From positions 192,013 through 256,012 of the forward strand of contig DATFGP010000022.1 in the NCBI GenBank assembly GCA_035249365.1: a stretch of 64,000 nucleotides of DNA. Direction: 5' to 3'. Under the pieces are notes generated by a model that was not told the origin of the DNA, ran no database searches, and worked only from the letters and a program-made list of their open reading frames with translations. This document shows positions 60,598-64,000 of this stretch, in pieces. The DNA is from Pyrinomonadaceae bacterium. GTDB lineage: Bacteria > Acidobacteriota > Blastocatellia > Pyrinomonadales > Pyrinomonadaceae. Position numbers and translations under genes: made by a program. Numbering within the stretch: the first letter of the stretch is position 1; every line of letters starts with the position of its first letter.

Positions 60598-62577
60598 CTA
60601 CTGCGGGAGGTTCTGGCGTGATAAGTTGAACGAGAATTTTTCGCCCGCGCGGAGCACGCCGAGCGAGAGGTCTGTGTCGAAATCGGCTGGGAGATTCCAA
60701 CTCGTGTCGGAAAAGAGTTGGCCGTTGATTGATTCGATGATGTCGCCCGGCTGGATTTTGTTTCGCGCCGCCGCGCTCCCCGGGCGCACGGACATGACGA
60801 GCAAGCCGTTCTTCTGATTTGCTCCCAACAAATGTGTCGCCGCAGGTGAAATTCGCACGGCTTCCAGCCCGAAAGTCAGGAGCGGCTTGACGGCCAAACC
60901 GTTGTAAGCCTCGCTCGCCGCGCGATAACGCGCTTCGGCTTCGGCCACACGCGCGCGCATGAGTTCGTAGTCGGCGGAAAGTTTTTGCGCTTGCTCCGAC
61001 GCCTCTCTGTGCTGCGCCCGCACGCGCTTCAACTCTTCCTCTAGCTTCATCAGCTTGGCCTGCGGCTCGCTGTCCTGTAGTCGCTTGCTTTCAGTTTCAA
61101 ACTGGCGTAAGGCCGTCTCGAAGCGGCGCACATTTTCCTCAGTCGTGCGGAGGCTAAACTGTTTCGTGCGTAAATCCGACTGCGCGGCGCGAAGCTCGGC
61201 GCGCGCCGTGTCCAGCCCCGGACTCGGCGATTCGCTGAGACGCACGGACAAGTTGAGCGGCGCGCTCTGCGCGCGGAGCACTGTGAAGTTAGCGAGCGAG
61301 TTGCCGCCGAGTTCTTTGATCATCGAAGACATATCTTCGATGCTGCGCACGTCGTGTCGCCCGATGCGCGAGACGACATCGCCCGGGCGCAGGCCAGCGC
61401 TTGCGGCGGGCGTGCCGGGCGCAACCGAAGTCAAGAGCACGCCGCGCTGTTGACTCATCAGCAGGCGCGCTTGTTCGAGCGGCCAGCCGCGCGCGAGCAA
61501 CTGTTCGAGCGGCGCACGTGCGAGCGCGTCGCCGCGCGCACCGAGCCAGGGCTGCGGCACGCTCGCGCGTCGCGCCCTCACACGACGAGCCGCGCCGCGC
61601 ACAGTCTCAGCGGACATCAGACGCGCCCCTTCCGCGTCCGATTCTTCGACGATGCCGACGAGCGTTCCCGTCTCGCTCAAAGCGACGCCGCCCGCCCATT
61701 CCGGCGAGACGCCGTCAACTTTCACCGTCACCTCCAAAGCCCTGCCGGACGGCGAACGCTTCACCTCGCGCAGATGCCCCGCCTCTTCGTCCATGTTCAT
61801 GTAGATGAAGCCTGTCTCTCCGACGGGCGCATCATCCGGTCGCGCTGGCGTGGCCGCAGGTGTCGGCGCAGGTGGAGTTGGTGCGGGTGGCGTCGTCGCC
61901 GCAGCGACAGGAGTTGCCGCACGCACGGGCGCGATCACGCGCACGCGCTGGCCGACGACGGGCTGGACGTTTGCGGCTTCCGCGAAGGGCGCGAACAGAG
62001 GCTTGTCCGATTCGAGGAGCGAGAGGCCGGTGCTGGCGTCGAGTCCGATGAAGCGCGCGCCGAACTGCGCGCCGTCGGGACGCACGAGCAGCAACTCTGT
62101 GGCGTCGCCGTTCGTGGCGAGCAATTTGGGATTGCGGAAGGCGGTCGAGAGGTTCAACATCTCGGCTTCGGCCTGCGGCAGGCGCGCGATGACCGAGCGA
62201 CCGTCGGGCATGATGAAGCCTGCGACGATGTTGGTGCGTACGAAATTCTCGTCGAAGGCGGACGCGGCGGGCGCGTCTGCGGGCATGAGCAGCGTGCGCA
62301 GTTTCCATCCGCTCATCCGATGGACGACGGCGATCACTGGCAGCGCGTCCGTTTGAACTTTAGCCTGCGCACGTGCGATAGGCTTCGCCGGAGTCGCGGC
62401 GACGGGAACTTGCGGGCGATGCGGCGGCCTCGTCTCTTGCGCGCGAACAACAGCGGCGGCATGCGCGCCGAACGTGCAGAGCGCGAACAAGGCGACGGCG
62501 GGCACGCGTCCCGTCCTGCCGTGCGCGGCAAAAATTTCACCACCTTGTTGTCTCAAAAGTTTCAGCACAACTACCAC
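60598..62577 (-). CDS. Periplasmic PDZ-domain protein with coiled-coil and Pro-rich linker (sigma-E regulon partner)
   Basis: Two PDZ-like segments (GLRPGDVVSRIG..., IQPGDIIESING), a long coiled coil, and a TTPPAPTPPAPTPAATP linker. Its start overlaps the anti-sigma gene. Confidence 0.7.
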   Translation of the reverse strand: MVVVLKLLRQQGGEIFAAHGRTGRVPAVALFALCTFGAHAAAVVRAQETRPPHRPQVPVAATPAKPIARAQAKVQTDALPVIAVVHRMSGWKLRTLLMPADAPAASAFDENFVRTNIVAGFIMPDGRSVIARLPQAEAEMLNLSTAFRNPKLLATNGDATELLLVRPDGAQFGARFIGLDASTGLSLLESDKPLFAPFAEAANVQPVVGQRVRVIAPVRAATPVAAATTPPAPTPPAPTPAATPARPDDAPVGETGFIYMNMDEEAGHLREVKRSPSGRALEVTVKVDGVSPEWAGGVALSETGTLVGIVEESDAEGARLMSAETVRGAARRVRARRASVPQPWLGARGDALARAPLEQLLARGWPLEQARLLMSQQRGVLLTSVAPGTPAASAGLRPGDVVSRIGRHDVRSIEDMSSMIKELGGNSLANFTVLRAQSAPLNLSVRLSESPSPGLDTARAELRAAQSDLRTKQFSLRTTEENVRRFETALRQFETESKRLQDSEPQAKLMKLEEELKRVRAQHREASEQAQKLSADYELMRARVAEAEARYRAASEAYNGLAVKPLLTFGLEAVRISPAATHLLGANQKNGLLVMSVRPGSAAARNKIQPGDIIESINGQLFSDTSWNLPADFDTDLSLGVLRAGEKFSFNLSRQNLPQ

Positions 62578-63446
62578 ACACCTTGATTCGACGAAAGCGA
62601 CGCTTTGGCGAATGACGCGGGGCGTCCGATGACATCGCGCGAGCCGAAGGAGACCGAGTCAACCGAGATGGTGCGCGCCTCGCCGCTCCTGTCGCGGAGC
62701 ACAACGTTCAACGGTCGCTCCGACGCGCCGAGTTGCACGGGGATGAGCGCGCCCTCGCCCCGCCGCGCGTTGGTCGCGTCGAATCTCACGGTCGAACCCA
62801 TCAAGCCCGCAGAACTGGAATCCTCAACTCGCGTCCCTGCCGTCTCAAGCGTCGCCTCGCGCACAGCGGCTGCGACTGCGCGCTCAGGCAAAACGCGCCG
62901 ACGCTGTGCGGTCTGATTCTTCGAATGCGTCGCGGCGTCGTCCTGCCCTGTGTTGACGACAACTTTCGCTTCCTCTCTCGCTTGATCACCTGCTACCTCA
63001 CCCACTTGATCGCTCGTTTGAGCATTCGCTTGCTCATTGATAGCAGTCGCTTCTGCTACGCGAGACAGTGGCGAGGCGTTGCTCGCGTGTTCAGACAGCG
63101 TGGCATCCGGCTGCTGTTGTTGAAAGTAGAGCGCGGCGGAGACGACGAGCGCGAGGCAGGCGGCGAGCGGCCAGGAGAGCGCGGCGGGCGCGAAATTAAA
63201 CAGGCGCGTGCGCGGCGCGCGTCGTGCGGCGAGCTCTGCGGCCATGCGTGCTCGCACGCGGAAGTCGAAATCTGCGGGGGCGGAAACTTTTTCCAGCCCG
63301 CTGATCAACTGACGCAGCGCGAGACGTTCTTCACCGAACGCGCGGCAACTCGCGCACGCCGCCAGATGCGCCTCTGCTGCGCCGCTCAGATGCTCGCGTC
63401 GTAAGTCCTGCTCCTCGATCTCGTTTTTGCACTTCTGACAATTCAT
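62571..63446 (-). CDS. Anti-sigma factor with zf-HC2 putative zinc finger
   Basis: N-terminal H...C...CxxC pattern (HLSGAAEAHLAACASC), then a TM segment and a periplasmic domain. Confidence 0.7.
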   Translation of the reverse strand: MNCQKCKNEIEEQDLRREHLSGAAEAHLAACASCRAFGEERLALRQLISGLEKVSAPADFDFRVRARMAAELAARRAPRTRLFNFAPAALSWPLAACLALVVSAALYFQQQQPDATLSEHASNASPLSRVAEATAINEQANAQTSDQVGEVAGDQAREEAKVVVNTGQDDAATHSKNQTAQRRRVLPERAVAAAVREATLETAGTRVEDSSSAGLMGSTVRFDATNARRGEGALIPVQLGASERPLNVVLRDRSGEARTISVDSVSFGSRDVIGRPASFAKASLSSNQGVW

Positions 63447-63485
63447 TTTTTTTTACACCACCAAATGTCGCCTTCTAAAACGCGA

Positions 63486-64000
63486 CTATAAATAGTCCTG
63501 CAACTTGTCGCGCAAAAATGTGCGTGCGCGGCTGATGCGCGATTTCACAGTGCCCTCACTCATCTCAAGGATGCGCCCGATCTCTTCGTAGCTGCGTTCT
63601 TCTATGTCGCGCAGGACGAGCGGCGCGCGATACTTCTCCGGCAGCGTCGCAATAGCGCGTGCCACCGCCGCGCGGCGTTCGTCTGCAACGAGCGCGGCGT
63701 CCTGCAAAGGCCGCCTGTCCGCAGGGTCTAACTCTGTCGGCTCGCCCGACCCGTCTTTCGTCTGGAAGAAGCCCGTCAGCGAGACGAGACGGCGACGCTT
63801 GCGCTGTCGAAGCTCGCTGATCGCGAGGTTGGTCGCGATGCGGTAGATGTAGGTCGAGAAAGCGTAGGTCGCCTGATAGCGATCCGCCGCGCGAAAGACG
63901 CGCATGAAAGTCTCCTGCGCCAGATCAACCGCCGACTCGTAATCGTTCGTCAGGCGATAGACGTAGTTCGTGATCTGGTTGCGATAGCGCCTGACGAGTT
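63486..64000 (-). CDS. ECF (sigma-24 type) RNA polymerase sigma factor, N-terminus beyond window edge
   Basis: Region-2 (YIYRIATNLAISELRQRKRR) and region-4 HTH (RSYEEIGRILEMSEGTVKSRISRAR). Partial gene. Confidence 0.8.
   Translation of the reverse strand, partial: LVRRYRNQITNYVYRLTNDYESAVDLAQETFMRVFRAADRYQATYAFSTYIYRIATNLAISELRQRKRRRLVSLTGFFQTKDGSGEPTELDPADRRPLQDAALVADERRAAVARAIATLPEKYRAPLVLRDIEERSYEEIGRILEMSEGTVKSRISRARTFLRDKLQDYL

Overview
This is a high-GC (roughly 60-65% by eye) bacterial chromosomal segment made up almost entirely of core metabolism. The gene content and style are consistent with an Acidobacteria-like genome, but this is not proven. Reading left to right, I see the following. 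On the minus strand there is a response regulator, then etfB-etfA, then the rpmF-plsX-fabH-fabD-acpP-fabF lipid cluster with a yceD-like gene upstream. These are followed by a TPR protein, a 3-hydroxyacyl-CoA dehydrogenase, a thiolase, a GDP-mannose branch (NDP-sugar pyrophosphorylase plus phosphomannomutase), mutM, an S9/DPP-IV peptidase, and a yitJ-like bifunctional homocysteine S-methyltransferase/MTHFR. Next comes a 1648-aa surface protein (beta-propeller, Big_2 and lamin-tail domains), then thiG, a flotillin and thiS. A complex I operon follows, running nuoA-B-C-D-E-F, [AT-rich three-gene island], G-H-J-K-L-M, [TlpA-like redoxin], N, with no nuoI. The window ends with a GATase1, a YbdK-type ligase, a PilZ protein, a circularly permuted ATP-grasp cluster, and an ECF sigma / zf-HC2 anti-sigma / PDZ protein module. 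The most striking non-coding feature is a very dense family of foldback (MITE/REP-like) elements, about 19 copies. Their arms are tandem 7-mers (GTGACAA/GTGACGA; GTCCGTT/GTCAGTT; GGGGTAA/GGGGAAA; GGGATGA; CCATCAG; CGCAGAG; AGCTAAC). They sit exactly at intercistronic junctions, often contribute the stop codon of the upstream gene, and often end within 12 nt of the downstream start codon. One copy carries a four-helix-bundle (23S-IVS-type) protein gene in its loop. Several short AT-rich islets look horizontally acquired. The largest sits inside the nuo operon and encodes a NUDIX hydrolase, a membrane coiled-coil protein and a Cys-type SelD. A second encodes a 12-Cys secreted peptide. No rRNA, tRNA or CRISPR was found.
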